Source: a virus
Reading direction: 5' to 3' (one strand)
Length of the DNA stretch: 49,440 nt
IMG/VR virus record: IMGVR_UViG_3300009446_000003
Location: 1 to 49,440 of that record
Shown: positions 1 to 7,623 of the stretch, piece by piece
How positions within the stretch are numbered: position 1 is the stretch's first letter
How the letters are laid out: every line of letters begins with the position of its first letter
Notes under the pieces: generated by a model
The model's database searches: none
What the model was told of the DNA's origin: nothing
The model's input: only the letters and a program-made list of their open reading frames with translations
Translations under genes and position numbers: made by a program

Positions 1-123
1 GTATCTTTTTAAACGGGTAAAGAGGGATGTTTAAACGGGTAAAGAGGGATGTTTAAACGGGTAAAGAGGGATGTTTAAACGGGTAAAGAGGGATGTTTAA
101 ACGGGTAAAGAGGGATGTTTAAA
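1..123. repeat. Terminal direct repeat: 1-123 is identical to 49318-49440 (circular or terminally redundant contig; unique length 49,317 bp)
   Basis: Direct comparison: GTATCTTTTTAAACGGG... at 1 and at 49318, with identical sequence through five iteron units plus AAA. Confidence 0.9.
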
Positions 124-142
124 CGGGTAAAGAGGGATGTTT
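11..142 (+). repeat. Six head-to-tail 22-bp iterons AAACGGGTAAAGAGGGATGTTT; putative plasmid-type replication origin
   Basis: Perfect 22-bp tandem copies at 11, 33, 55, 77, 99 and 121 with no spacers. On the circular map they lie immediately downstream of the Rep_3-like gene and are followed by an A/T-rich stretch (143-250). Confidence 0.85.
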
Positions 143-164
143 AAAAAAAATAAACAAACAAATG

Positions 165-195
165 TTTGAAAAAACTTGCACAGTAAATAAATTTG
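165..195 (+). promoter_or_regulatory. Bacteroidota-type promoter TTTG(165-168)-N19-TAAATTTG(188-195)
   Basis: Exact match to the -33 TTTG / -7 TAnnTTTG consensus with a 19-nt spacer, about 55 nt upstream of the ATG at 252. Confidence 0.6.
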
Positions 196-251
196 AAATA
201 CATTTGTAAAAACAAACAAACAAATATTTAGTAATTTAAAATAATACCATA

Positions 252-953
252 ATGTCAGATTTACTTAGGAAAAAAATTGCAGAGAAAGAAGCGCAGAAAG
301 CAGCTATTAAAGCAGAGAAAGAAGCGCAGAAAGCTACAGCTACCAAGAAAGATGAAGCTAAGACAGCTACCAAGACGGCAGCTACCAAGACGGCAGCTAC
401 CAAGACGGCAGCTACCAAGACAGCTACCAAGACGGCAGCTACCAAGACAGCTACCAAGAAAGATGAAGCTAAGACAGCTACCAAGAAAGATGAAGCTAAG
501 ACAGCTACCAAGACGGCAGCTACCAAGACAGCTACCAAGACGGCAGCTACCAAGACAGCTACCAAGAAAGATGAAGCTAAGACAGCTACCAAGAAAGATG
601 AAGCTAAGACAGCTACCAAGAAAGATGAAGCTAAGACAGCTACCAAGAAAGATGAAGCTAAGACAGCTACCAAGACGGCAGCTACCAAGACAGCTACCAA
701 GAAAGATGAAGCTAAGACAGCTACCAAGAAAGATTCAAAGGAGCCATCGGTTTTAACATCTTCAGGTGTTGCTGATAAGCCAGTGAACGAAATTAGATTT
801 AGTCAGGCATATGTATTGCCTGTATACAAAAAAGCATTGAAACTTGCTGCTGCTGACCATAAAGGTGTGAATCAGCATGATATTGCAACAACAGCATTAG
901 AAAATAGTGAAATTTTAAAGCCTTATTTGGCTAAAATAAGAAGTGAAAAATAA
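252..953 (+). CDS. Histone-H1-like Lys/Ala/Thr-repeat protein (putative DNA-binding) with a non-repetitive C-terminal domain
   Basis: 233-aa ORF with an (AAAC)n leader. Repeats KTAATKTATKKDEAKTAT resemble H1/AlgP-type basic tails. The C-terminal ~70 aa is non-repetitive. Confidence 0.6.
   Translation: MSDLLRKKIAEKEAQKAAIKAEKEAQKATATKKDEAKTATKTAATKTAATKTAATKTATKTAATKTATKKDEAKTATKKDEAKTATKTAATKTATKTAATKTATKKDEAKTATKKDEAKTATKKDEAKTATKKDEAKTATKTAATKTATKKDEAKTATKKDSKEPSVLTSSGVADKPVNEIRFSQAYVLPVYKKALKLAAADHKGVNQHDIATTALENSEILKPYLAKIRSEK
338..728 (+). repeat. In-frame coding micro-repeats (AAGACGGCAGCTACC / AAGAAAGATGAAGCTAAGACAGCTACC units)
   Basis: Visible tandem units. The region is open in several frames on both strands because it lacks stop codons. 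Confidence 0.85.
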
Positions 954-966
954 TTAATTAATATTT

Positions 967-994
967 ATGGCAAAGGCAATTGTGTCTTTGCCAT
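967..994 (+). terminator. Hairpin ATGGCAAAG-N10-CTTTGCCAT downstream of 252..953
   Basis: 9-bp perfect stem 14 nt after the stop codon. No U-tract follows on the + strand (an A-run follows), so terminator function is uncertain. Confidence 0.4.
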
Positions 995-1012
995 AATAAA
1001 AAAAACAATAAA

Positions 1013-2572
1013 ATGAACGAAAATATAACTTTCCAATCTGAATCACAAGAATTATCAGAATTTTACAAAGCATTTATTTTAGCACAAAGCGATTTTCCAG
1101 AGATAAAAAAAGATTTGTCTTATACAAAGACTTGGACAAATAAATGGGGAAAATCTTGCAGTGTTCAAATATTTTATTCTGGACTATCTTCAATCCTTAA
1201 ATCAATAACACCAATTTTAAATGTATACGACATGGGATTTACTCAACGTGTCGATGGTGCTTACCTTATAACAAGAGTTTTTCATTCGTTATCAAGTCAG
1301 TTTATTCAGATGCGATACCCATTGTATCAGCAGAACCCTAAGAGTATCCATGATACTGCAAGTGAGATAACATATATAAAAAGATATTGCTTGTGCATGA
1401 TGCTTGGAATTGAAGCAGCAAAAGATGATGACGGCATGGCTGCTTTAGATAGTGAGTCAAATGATTCTAATGATATTGTTGAAAAAATAAATATTTACGA
1501 TGTTAATTATTTCCACCACATGTATTTGAATGGTCATATGAAATGTTTTGATTTAGATGAAGAAAAGATTTTTAATTTGATTGATGGTGCATATTGCGCA
1601 AAACCAAGATTTACAGAAATTGATTTTGCAGAAATTGACAAAACTTTCTTTGTTAAGTTTAAAGACTCTGAAAATGGAAAGAACAAGCTTTGTAAGATGA
1701 CCAAACTTTCTTATCAGACTCTATTAAAGGCTTTTCATGAATTTGAAGAAACTGGTAAGGTTACATTGCATTTAGGATCAACGGACAGCGCGGAGCTAAC
1801 GGACAGCGCGGAGCTAACGGACAGCGCGGAGCTAACGGACAGCGCGGAGCTAACGGACAGCGCGGAGCCAATGGACAGCGCGGAGCCAATGGACAGCGCG
1901 GAAGTTGTAGTTGATGAAGTTTTGCATAATGATTTAAATACAGTAGAGGGACTTGAAAATGCAGCGATTGCTAAGACAGCAGCGAGTAAAGGGACCGATA
2001 AGAAGACAGTAGCTACCAAAGGAACGGCTAAGACAGCAGCTACCAAAGGAGCGGCTAAGATGGCAGCTAAGATGGCAGCTAAGACAGCAGCTAAGACAGC
2101 AGCTAAGACGGCAGCTAAGACAGCAGCTACCAAAGGAACGGCTACCAAGACAGCAGCTACCAAAGGAACGGCTAAGACGGCAAATACTAAAGGTTTGAAT
2201 GTGTCAAAGAGTGAGGAAGAAGCTATTAGGCATCTAAATCAAATTATGGATAAAAAAGCAGAAGGTTCTGGTGCAAAATTTATTCCATTTGATAAATACC
2301 CATTTAGCCAATATCTTAAATTGATTGAAGGGGGTAGAACTTCAGGTGTTCATTATCTAGCTACTAGAGAGCTGAAGAAATTGCTAAAAGATGCATTTAT
2401 TGAAGAAATGTATAAAAATTTGGAAATAGGCCATGCAAATGATGTTCCATATATAAGATATGAGGACTTGAAAGGGAAACCAACTATAAATCAAATTTCA
2501 GATGATAGTGAAGCTCATTTTAATGAATACGTAAATGCAGCAAATAAGCACAAAGAGAATGTAGACAAATAA
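1013..2572 (+). CDS. erf: ERF-family single-strand annealing recombinase with an internal acidic DSAELT repeat, a basic KTAATKG repeat and an extra C-terminal domain
   Basis: N-terminal region with ...ITYIKRYCLCMMLGIEAAKDDDG, resembling the ERF signature (tYarrY.l..lGi..eDDDg). ATG at 1013 preferred over TTG at 980 (A-rich leader directly upstream). Confidence 0.7.
   Translation: MNENITFQSESQELSEFYKAFILAQSDFPEIKKDLSYTKTWTNKWGKSCSVQIFYSGLSSILKSITPILNVYDMGFTQRVDGAYLITRVFHSLSSQFIQMRYPLYQQNPKSIHDTASEITYIKRYCLCMMLGIEAAKDDDGMAALDSESNDSNDIVEKINIYDVNYFHHMYLNGHMKCFDLDEEKIFNLIDGAYCAKPRFTEIDFAEIDKTFFVKFKDSENGKNKLCKMTKLSYQTLLKAFHEFEETGKVTLHLGSTDSAELTDSAELTDSAELTDSAELTDSAEPMDSAEPMDSAEVVVDEVLHNDLNTVEGLENAAIAKTAASKGTDKKTVATKGTAKTAATKGAAKMAAKMAAKTAAKTAAKTAAKTAATKGTATKTAATKGTAKTANTKGLNVSKSEEEAIRHLNQIMDKKAEGSGAKFIPFDKYPFSQYLKLIEGGRTSGVHYLATRELKKLLKDAFIEEMYKNLEIGHANDVPYIRYEDLKGKPTINQISDDSEAHFNEYVNAANKHKENVDK
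1781..1903 (+). repeat. Seven 18-bp in-frame tandem repeats (ACGGACAGCGCGGAGCTA; peptide TDSAEL/MDSAEP)
   Basis: Copies at 1781, 1799, 1817, 1835, 1853, 1871 and 1889. Confidence 0.85.
1966..2190 (+). repeat. K/T/A (KTAAKTAATKGTA) coding repeat inside the ERF gene, related to the repeats at 338-728 and 33385-33715
   Basis: GCTAAGACAGCAGCT / GCTACCAAAGGAACG units. Confidence 0.8.
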
Positions 2573-2625
2573 ATTAAATACCTGTCATGATCAAAGATTG
2601 TGACAGGTTTAACAAAAAAAAACAA

Positions 2626-3453
2626 ATGTTTATTTTAGAAGAAATTCCACAAAGGGTACAAATGTTACCTACAATGATTATAAGCGTGTCAGGATACCAA
2701 GATTTTATAGATATAGTTGAAAAATTAGTAAAATATGGTGCATACCTAAATTCTTACAAGTCAAATAATCAAAATTCAAGTGATTACTTTTTTGCACCTT
2801 ATAATGTGCAAAAGAATTACCCTAAATTTGTTTGTGTTAAAAATGAAGATTTTGGACCATGCATGTACCGATATAATAATCCAGAAGATTTTTTAAAAAC
2901 ATTTTCAAAGGGCGGTTATAATCTTTGGAAAAATGAATTAAAATATTCAAGAAAAGATCATATTGATTTATGTTATCTAAATTCAAGACAGCTTGATAAT
3001 TTAGCATTGAGTAATAGTAAGATGTTTAATCCATTTGACCAATTTTATCCATCTTCAGAAGATAGATTGCCACATTGTCCTTATGTGAAGAAGTGGGGAG
3101 ATTTTAAATATTTCGATTACTGCGATGAATACAAAAGCAAGATAATTGTAAAGCGTGTTAAAAATCGTTTTGATTTTTTCCAAAATGAAAAAACTTTTGA
3201 TACTTGGATAAAGCCATACAACAAAGACTTTATCAAGCAACCAATGAATAAAAAGAAAATTCCTAAAATACTAAATGTTCAATATTCAAAACTTTGGCTA
3301 TCAGAGCAACAGTACATACAGGAACAGGTAAAAAAGTTACCTTCTGATTCTTTGGCAATTGCAATAATTGAACGGTTCAATAAAAGGTTTGCGGTATCAA
3401 CATTGCATCCAGACAATAAGCTTTATTATACTACATTTAGAAAATCAAATTAA
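2626..3453 (+). CDS. Hypothetical protein
   Basis: Long ORF in the same-strand block. ATG at 2626 follows AAAAAAAAACAA. The upstream ATG at 2587 lies inside a hairpin (CCTGTCA...TGACAGG, 2581-2607), so the start is uncertain. Confidence 0.55.
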   Translation: MFILEEIPQRVQMLPTMIISVSGYQDFIDIVEKLVKYGAYLNSYKSNNQNSSDYFFAPYNVQKNYPKFVCVKNEDFGPCMYRYNNPEDFLKTFSKGGYNLWKNELKYSRKDHIDLCYLNSRQLDNLALSNSKMFNPFDQFYPSSEDRLPHCPYVKKWGDFKYFDYCDEYKSKIIVKRVKNRFDFFQNEKTFDTWIKPYNKDFIKQPMNKKKIPKILNVQYSKLWLSEQQYIQEQVKKLPSDSLAIAIIERFNKRFAVSTLHPDNKLYYTTFRKSN

Positions 3454-3454
3454 A

Positions 3455-4762
3455 ATGCCTAAAGTAATAAAGCCAAGACTTCACCAAAAAAAATGCAAGG
3501 AAAATGTATTGAAGCATTTTGAAAATTATGACAGGGCATTAGGTGTCATGCCTTGTGGCAGTGGTAAAACAATCACTTCTTTATTAATCGCTAAAGAAAT
3601 GAATGCACAAAGTTTGATCTATGCGGTTCCTACGCTAAAGTTGCAAGAACAGGCTTTGAGTGTTATTGACTCTTTGGAATTGCTAGGATTGAATTGTGAA
3701 GTGTTTTGTATAGGATCAAACAAGAATATTTCAAAATTAAATTGGAAATTTCCAGTACATTCATCTACTAGTGTAGTTAAGATAAGAGAATTTATTGATA
3801 AAAAAAATGACGGTAAATTAAAGGTTTTTATCACAACTTATCAGTCATCTAAAAAATTGCAAAAGGCATCAAGTGGATTTCAATTTGAATTTGGAATACT
3901 TGACGAGTCGCACAGGTTGGCAGGTGTAAAGGGTAAATCTTTTAGCACTATTCTTTTTGATAAAAATATAAATATAAAAAGAAGGTTGTCAGTAACAGCT
4001 ACGCCAAAATATTATGATAATGATTTCAATTTTCTGAGCATGTCGAATAAAAAATATTTTGGTAAGTGTGTTTATGAGATGTTGTTAGATGAAGCAATTG
4101 AAAATAATATTTGTTGCGATTATAGAATAAAACTATTGTTAATAGAAGAAGAAAGCTTTATAGGTAGAAAGGTTATAAATGAAAATAGAAATATTTTGCT
4201 TTATAATCAATTGAATGAAATAATAAAAAAAGAAAAAATTAAAAAGATAATTTCTTTTCATAACAGAGTTTATGACGCTAAACATTTTGCGGATTTATTT
4301 CAAGGAAACAAGAAGTATGATTCATTTACTGTGTCAAGTAAAACTGTAGACTTTGACCAACAGTTAAGTAAATTCAAAGATTCTAAATTTGGAATAATTA
4401 CAAATTCATCTATCTTAGCAACTGGATATGACTATCCAAAAATTAAGTGTGTTATAATGAAAGATGTAACGGGTTCTGATGTGGACTTAATACAGCATTT
4501 TGGAAGAGTTTTAAGGAAAGACGGCAATAAGGTTGCAACAATGGTATTGCCATTTTTTTACAAATCAAGTTCTTGGAATTGCGTTTACAATGCTGGTGAG
4601 ATTCTTAGAACAAATATAGCATTGAAAAATATCAATCTAATTGATTCAAAGATGTTTGATAAGGTCGATATTATAAAGTCAGGTAATCAAGGCACTGTAA
4701 AAAATCAAACTTCATTTAATCGCTTAAAAAGACTAATAGGTATTAAACAAACAAACAAATAA
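3455..4762 (+). CDS. Superfamily-2 DEAD/DEAH-box (DExH) helicase
   Basis: Walker A MPCGSGKTITS, DExH box ILDESHR, motif VI QHFGRVLRK. ATG at 3455 directly follows the stop of the upstream gene. Confidence 0.85.
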   Translation: MPKVIKPRLHQKKCKENVLKHFENYDRALGVMPCGSGKTITSLLIAKEMNAQSLIYAVPTLKLQEQALSVIDSLELLGLNCEVFCIGSNKNISKLNWKFPVHSSTSVVKIREFIDKKNDGKLKVFITTYQSSKKLQKASSGFQFEFGILDESHRLAGVKGKSFSTILFDKNINIKRRLSVTATPKYYDNDFNFLSMSNKKYFGKCVYEMLLDEAIENNICCDYRIKLLLIEEESFIGRKVINENRNILLYNQLNEIIKKEKIKKIISFHNRVYDAKHFADLFQGNKKYDSFTVSSKTVDFDQQLSKFKDSKFGIITNSSILATGYDYPKIKCVIMKDVTGSDVDLIQHFGRVLRKDGNKVATMVLPFFYKSSSWNCVYNAGEILRTNIALKNINLIDSKMFDKVDIIKSGNQGTVKNQTSFNRLKRLIGIKQTNK

Positions 4763-4781
4763 ATAAATAAATAAATAAATT

Positions 4782-5138
4782 ATGAAAAAATTAAATACTT
4801 TAATAGCGACTCTAAAAATGCATCGAAAATCTTTAGATGATAAGCATGATAAATTTATTGAGTCAAAAGCAATGATGCACCTTGCAAATATGTCAAACAA
4901 TATAGAGTATATGAAATACCATGTTAAATCTATAAAACAATTGTATTCAGAGATTCATGATGTTCTTGGACCTTTGTTTGAATTTGAATATGGAATTGCA
5001 TTTGAATGTGGTGTTTTAATGTTGTCTATTACGCATGTTAAGGTGTACGCAGATATTAATGCTTTTATTCCATTGATAGAAAAAGGCAATAAAATTAGCT
5101 TAAAGGATATTCAAAATATAGACTTACATGGGAAATAA
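4782..5138 (+). CDS. Hypothetical protein
   Basis: 118-aa ORF preceded by AAACAAACAAACAAATAAATAAATAAATAAATAAATT. Confidence 0.55.
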   Translation: MKKLNTLIATLKMHRKSLDDKHDKFIESKAMMHLANMSNNIEYMKYHVKSIKQLYSEIHDVLGPLFEFEYGIAFECGVLMLSITHVKVYADINAFIPLIEKGNKISLKDIQNIDLHGK

Positions 5139-5640
5139 AAAAGACAAGAATTACCGTTTATTAATGTCAAGAAATGACGATTTTTTTTATGAAAACACAA
5201 AATTGTTTTTAGAGAAAACAAAAGAGGTTTACAAATCTGAGAATTTAGTAAGGTTTGTGTGCTTCTATATAAAAGGTTGTATTAGGCTTGATTTTGATAA
5301 GGGTAAAATGATTAAAGAGGTTAAGAAGATAAGCCAAAAATCAAATAGAGATAAAAACAAACAATACTTTAAGTTTGTTAATCTTTGGATCGGTTTTCTT
5401 TTTGAATATCCAGCATTGATTGAAATTTTCTTGCATTTAGAAATAAAAGACATTTCAATCATGGGATCGGTCTATGTTAATTATCAAGGAAAGATAATTA
5501 GATTTTCCAACCATAATAGTAGGTCACCAAAGAAAACATTTTCAGTTAAATTTAGAAAGTATAGGGTGTCAGGATTTGAAACGACAATCATTAATGCCAT
5601 AAAGACAGGTAGTTTTGATTTGAGTAGATATAATTATTAA
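5128..5640 (+). CDS. Hypothetical protein
   Basis: 170-aa ORF with an 11-nt overlap with the upstream gene. Confidence 0.5.
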   Translation: MGNKKDKNYRLLMSRNDDFFYENTKLFLEKTKEVYKSENLVRFVCFYIKGCIRLDFDKGKMIKEVKKISQKSNRDKNKQYFKFVNLWIGFLFEYPALIEIFLHLEIKDISIMGSVYVNYQGKIIRFSNHNSRSPKKTFSVKFRKYRVSGFETTIINAIKTGSFDLSRYNY

Positions 5641-5661
5641 ACAAATAAATAAACATTTAAA

Positions 5662-5985
5662 ATGAAAGACCAATTTAATCCAAAACAGGAAGAAGGTTTG
5701 ATTAAAGTTTCACCTTCGCAAATCGTTGACATTGTTAACGAATCATTCATTGTTCAAAATGAAAGAGATTCAATTGAATTTGAGAAATTGAAATTTTTTA
5801 AAGAACAAAATTCCGAATTAAGAATCGTCTTGGATAATTTTATTTCAATTGTTGATTCTATCAATAATATGGAAACTAAACCAAATGTAAGAAGTTCTTA
5901 CAAGTCTGTTAAGAATTTACTTAAATCAAATGACTTAACTATTAAAAAGGCAAGATTAATTGCGATTCAAGCTAATATGAAGTAA
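5662..5985 (+). CDS. Hypothetical protein
   Basis: 107-aa ORF preceded by AAACAAATAAATAAACATTTAAA. Confidence 0.5.
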   Translation: MKDQFNPKQEEGLIKVSPSQIVDIVNESFIVQNERDSIEFEKLKFFKEQNSELRIVLDNFISIVDSINNMETKPNVRSSYKSVKNLLKSNDLTIKKARLIAIQANMK

Positions 5986-5990
5986 ATTTG
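5960..5990 (+). promoter_or_regulatory. Candidate promoter TTG(5960-5962)-N20-TAAATTTG(5983-5990) for the lipoprotein gene
   Basis: The -7 motif TAnnTTTG matches exactly and overlaps the stop codon of 5662..5985. Only TTG is present at -33. Confidence 0.4.
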
Positions 5991-6019
5991 ACTATATTTT
6001 ATAACCTTAAATAATTCTT

Positions 6020-6490
6020 ATGAATTACAAATTAATGATTACTGTATTGATGACAGCTTTTTTAATCCTTCAGTCTTGCGAGAAGCAAAAGGACTTTGAA
6101 CAGGATTTTCAATCTTCAGGTGAGGTAAAAAACGACAATTCACATTTTTCTGAAATTCCACAATTATCTATTGAAAAGGAAAATTCTAATCAAAATTTGG
6201 AAAGATTGGCATATACTCCTTATACTATTTCTAGTTGTGGATTTCCAACATTTCAAAATGGAACTATTATGAGGACGTTAAGCCTTAATCAGTCCATTAC
6301 CTGTAATACTGGTACTACTAGTATTCGTATATGCAATTCATCTTCTGAATATTGCGGTAGGTGCTATGAATTTGATTTACTTGGACCAGTAACAAATGTT
6401 TCACAAATTACAGTTGACCATGTTGCCCTTCAAAATGCAATTGGTCCATACGGATGTGGCGGTTCTGTATTTGTGTACTGTTCAAACTGA
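6020..6490 (+). CDS. Secreted Cys-rich lipoprotein (candidate superinfection-exclusion or surface protein)
   Basis: N-terminal hydrophobic signal sequence ending in the lipobox-like ILQSC; 9 Cys in the mature part. Confidence 0.55.
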   Translation: MNYKLMITVLMTAFLILQSCEKQKDFEQDFQSSGEVKNDNSHFSEIPQLSIEKENSNQNLERLAYTPYTISSCGFPTFQNGTIMRTLSLNQSITCNTGTTSIRICNSSSEYCGRCYEFDLLGPVTNVSQITVDHVALQNAIGPYGCGGSVFVYCSN

Positions 6491-6523
6491 TATGGTGTAA
6501 ATGCTAAGATTGATTATTGAGAC

Positions 6524-6555
6524 TTAATACCCTAGTGTAAAAGCTAGGGTATTAA
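6524..6555. terminator. Bidirectional hairpin terminator (12-bp stem TTAATACCCTAG / CTAGGGTATTAA) between convergent genes
   Basis: Perfect 12-bp stem with an 8-nt loop, between the 6490 (+) and 6580 (-) gene ends. Confidence 0.65.
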
Positions 6556-6579
6556 TAAAACAAACAAACAAACAAATAT

Positions 6580-6948
6580 TTATTGATATAATTCTAACAT
6601 TTCGTCTAAGTCTCTAATTGAGTCACTTGCATTTATAGTTGTATATCTTAATACAATCCATCCTAATTTTTGAGCAGCATTGTATTTTGAGCAGTCGCCA
6701 GTGTATCCTGTGGCTGTTGTATGTCGCGATTTTTTAGACATTAATCCTTCATACTCCCAAGCAAGCTTAATCTTAGGTATACAGTGGTCAAACATCCATT
6801 TTCTTGTGGGGTGAAATTCAAATTCATTAACATAAACAAGTGGCGATTCGTCTAACAAGTATGTATCATTAAATTCTTTTTTGTCTACCTTGTGTATCTT
6901 TAATGATACCAAGTAGTATTCCAATGCACCTAATTTCTTAAATTTCAT
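6580..6948 (-). CDS. PD-(D/E)XK (Vsr/DUF559-like) endonuclease-fold protein; the only reverse-strand gene in the early block
   Basis: Motif FDHCIP..KLAWEYEG....SRH......D.SKYNAAQKLGWIVLRYT resembles D...ExEG...H...D..K...GW.vlR of DUF559/Vsr-like nucleases. Confidence 0.45.
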   Translation of the reverse strand: MKFKKLGALEYYLVSLKIHKVDKKEFNDTYLLDESPLVYVNEFEFHPTRKWMFDHCIPKIKLAWEYEGLMSKKSRHTTATGYTGDCSKYNAAQKLGWIVLRYTTINASDSIRDLDEMLELYQ

Positions 6949-6965
6949 AAATAAACATTTAAAAC

Positions 6966-7583
6966 ATGGCTAAGAAAAATAATAAAAAGAAAACTATAAA
7001 GATAGCTATTAATAAAGACTTTGAAGTTCGATGGCGTGACATTAAATTCTTTCAACCTGAAAACTTTAAAATCAATGCCGATCATCTAGGCATTGCCAAT
7101 AGTATCAAAGATGTTGGTGTACATGATGTTCTTCATATTTGGATTGATGAAAATGGTGATATTTGGTCAATTGATGGTGAGCAAACTATAAAGGCATTAT
7201 TGATGCATTTTGATGAATATGATTTACCAGAGTATTTGCCAGCCGTTGAGCATAAAGCAAAAGACAAAAAAGAAGCTATTAAGGTGTTGACGAAGGTTTT
7301 TAATACAATTAGAAGCAAGGTAAATGAAACGGTTTACTTTGAATGGCTTGAAAATGAAGGTTTGAAGGCAGATAAGGCTGATAAAATGGACTTTTATTAT
7401 GATGTTGAGCCAAAGGAGCAAGGGGGACCAAAAGAGCCGTCAAACAAAGGAAATGGACCGCCATGCAATATTATAGAATTGCAGTTCACGGATGAAGATT
7501 CTATAAAAGTAAAAAAGGAGCTTAAAAATATAGGTCTAACAGCCGAAAATGTTCTTTATGCTGCTTTATTTCCAGATGAATAA
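6966..7583 (+). CDS. ParB/Srx-like N-terminal domain protein
   Basis: IKFFQPENFKI...ANSIKDVGVHDVLHIWIDENGDIWSIDGEQTIKAL matches the layout of a ParB N-terminal nuclease-like domain (i.v...g.y.iiDGhhR). Confidence 0.5.
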   Translation: MAKKNNKKKTIKIAINKDFEVRWRDIKFFQPENFKINADHLGIANSIKDVGVHDVLHIWIDENGDIWSIDGEQTIKALLMHFDEYDLPEYLPAVEHKAKDKKEAIKVLTKVFNTIRSKVNETVYFEWLENEGLKADKADKMDFYYDVEPKEQGGPKEPSNKGNGPPCNIIELQFTDEDSIKVKKELKNIGLTAENVLYAALFPDE

Positions 7584-7623
7584 ACAAACAAAAATTTAAA
7601 CAAACAAACAAACATTTATAATT

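Noticed and set aside
11-142. The 22-bp tandem array as a CRISPR array
   Set aside because: Units abut each other with no spacers and are perfectly identical. No cas genes are present. The position next to a Rep_3-like gene fits iterons.
236-756. ORFs 236..727 (-) and 277..756 (+) overlapping the K/T/A-repeat gene
   Set aside because: They exist only because the in-frame micro-repeat lacks stop codons in several frames. Their products are pure low-complexity (VAVLVAAVL..., RQLPRRQLPR...), and they have no leader or promoter of their own.
980-1012. N-terminal extensions suggested by the ORF track (980 TTG for ERF; also 3368, 11255, 25404, 26304, 40647, 41119)
   Set aside because: Each extension overlaps the preceding gene or its terminator or leader. 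An internal ATG directly follows an A-rich leader or begins a clean signal peptide (for example MIRYLFICL at 40677 and MKFYLLLL at 41191).
1735-2163. Antisense ORF 1735..2163 (-) inside the ERF gene
   Set aside because: Repeat-generated open frame antisense to a gene with clear ERF motifs.
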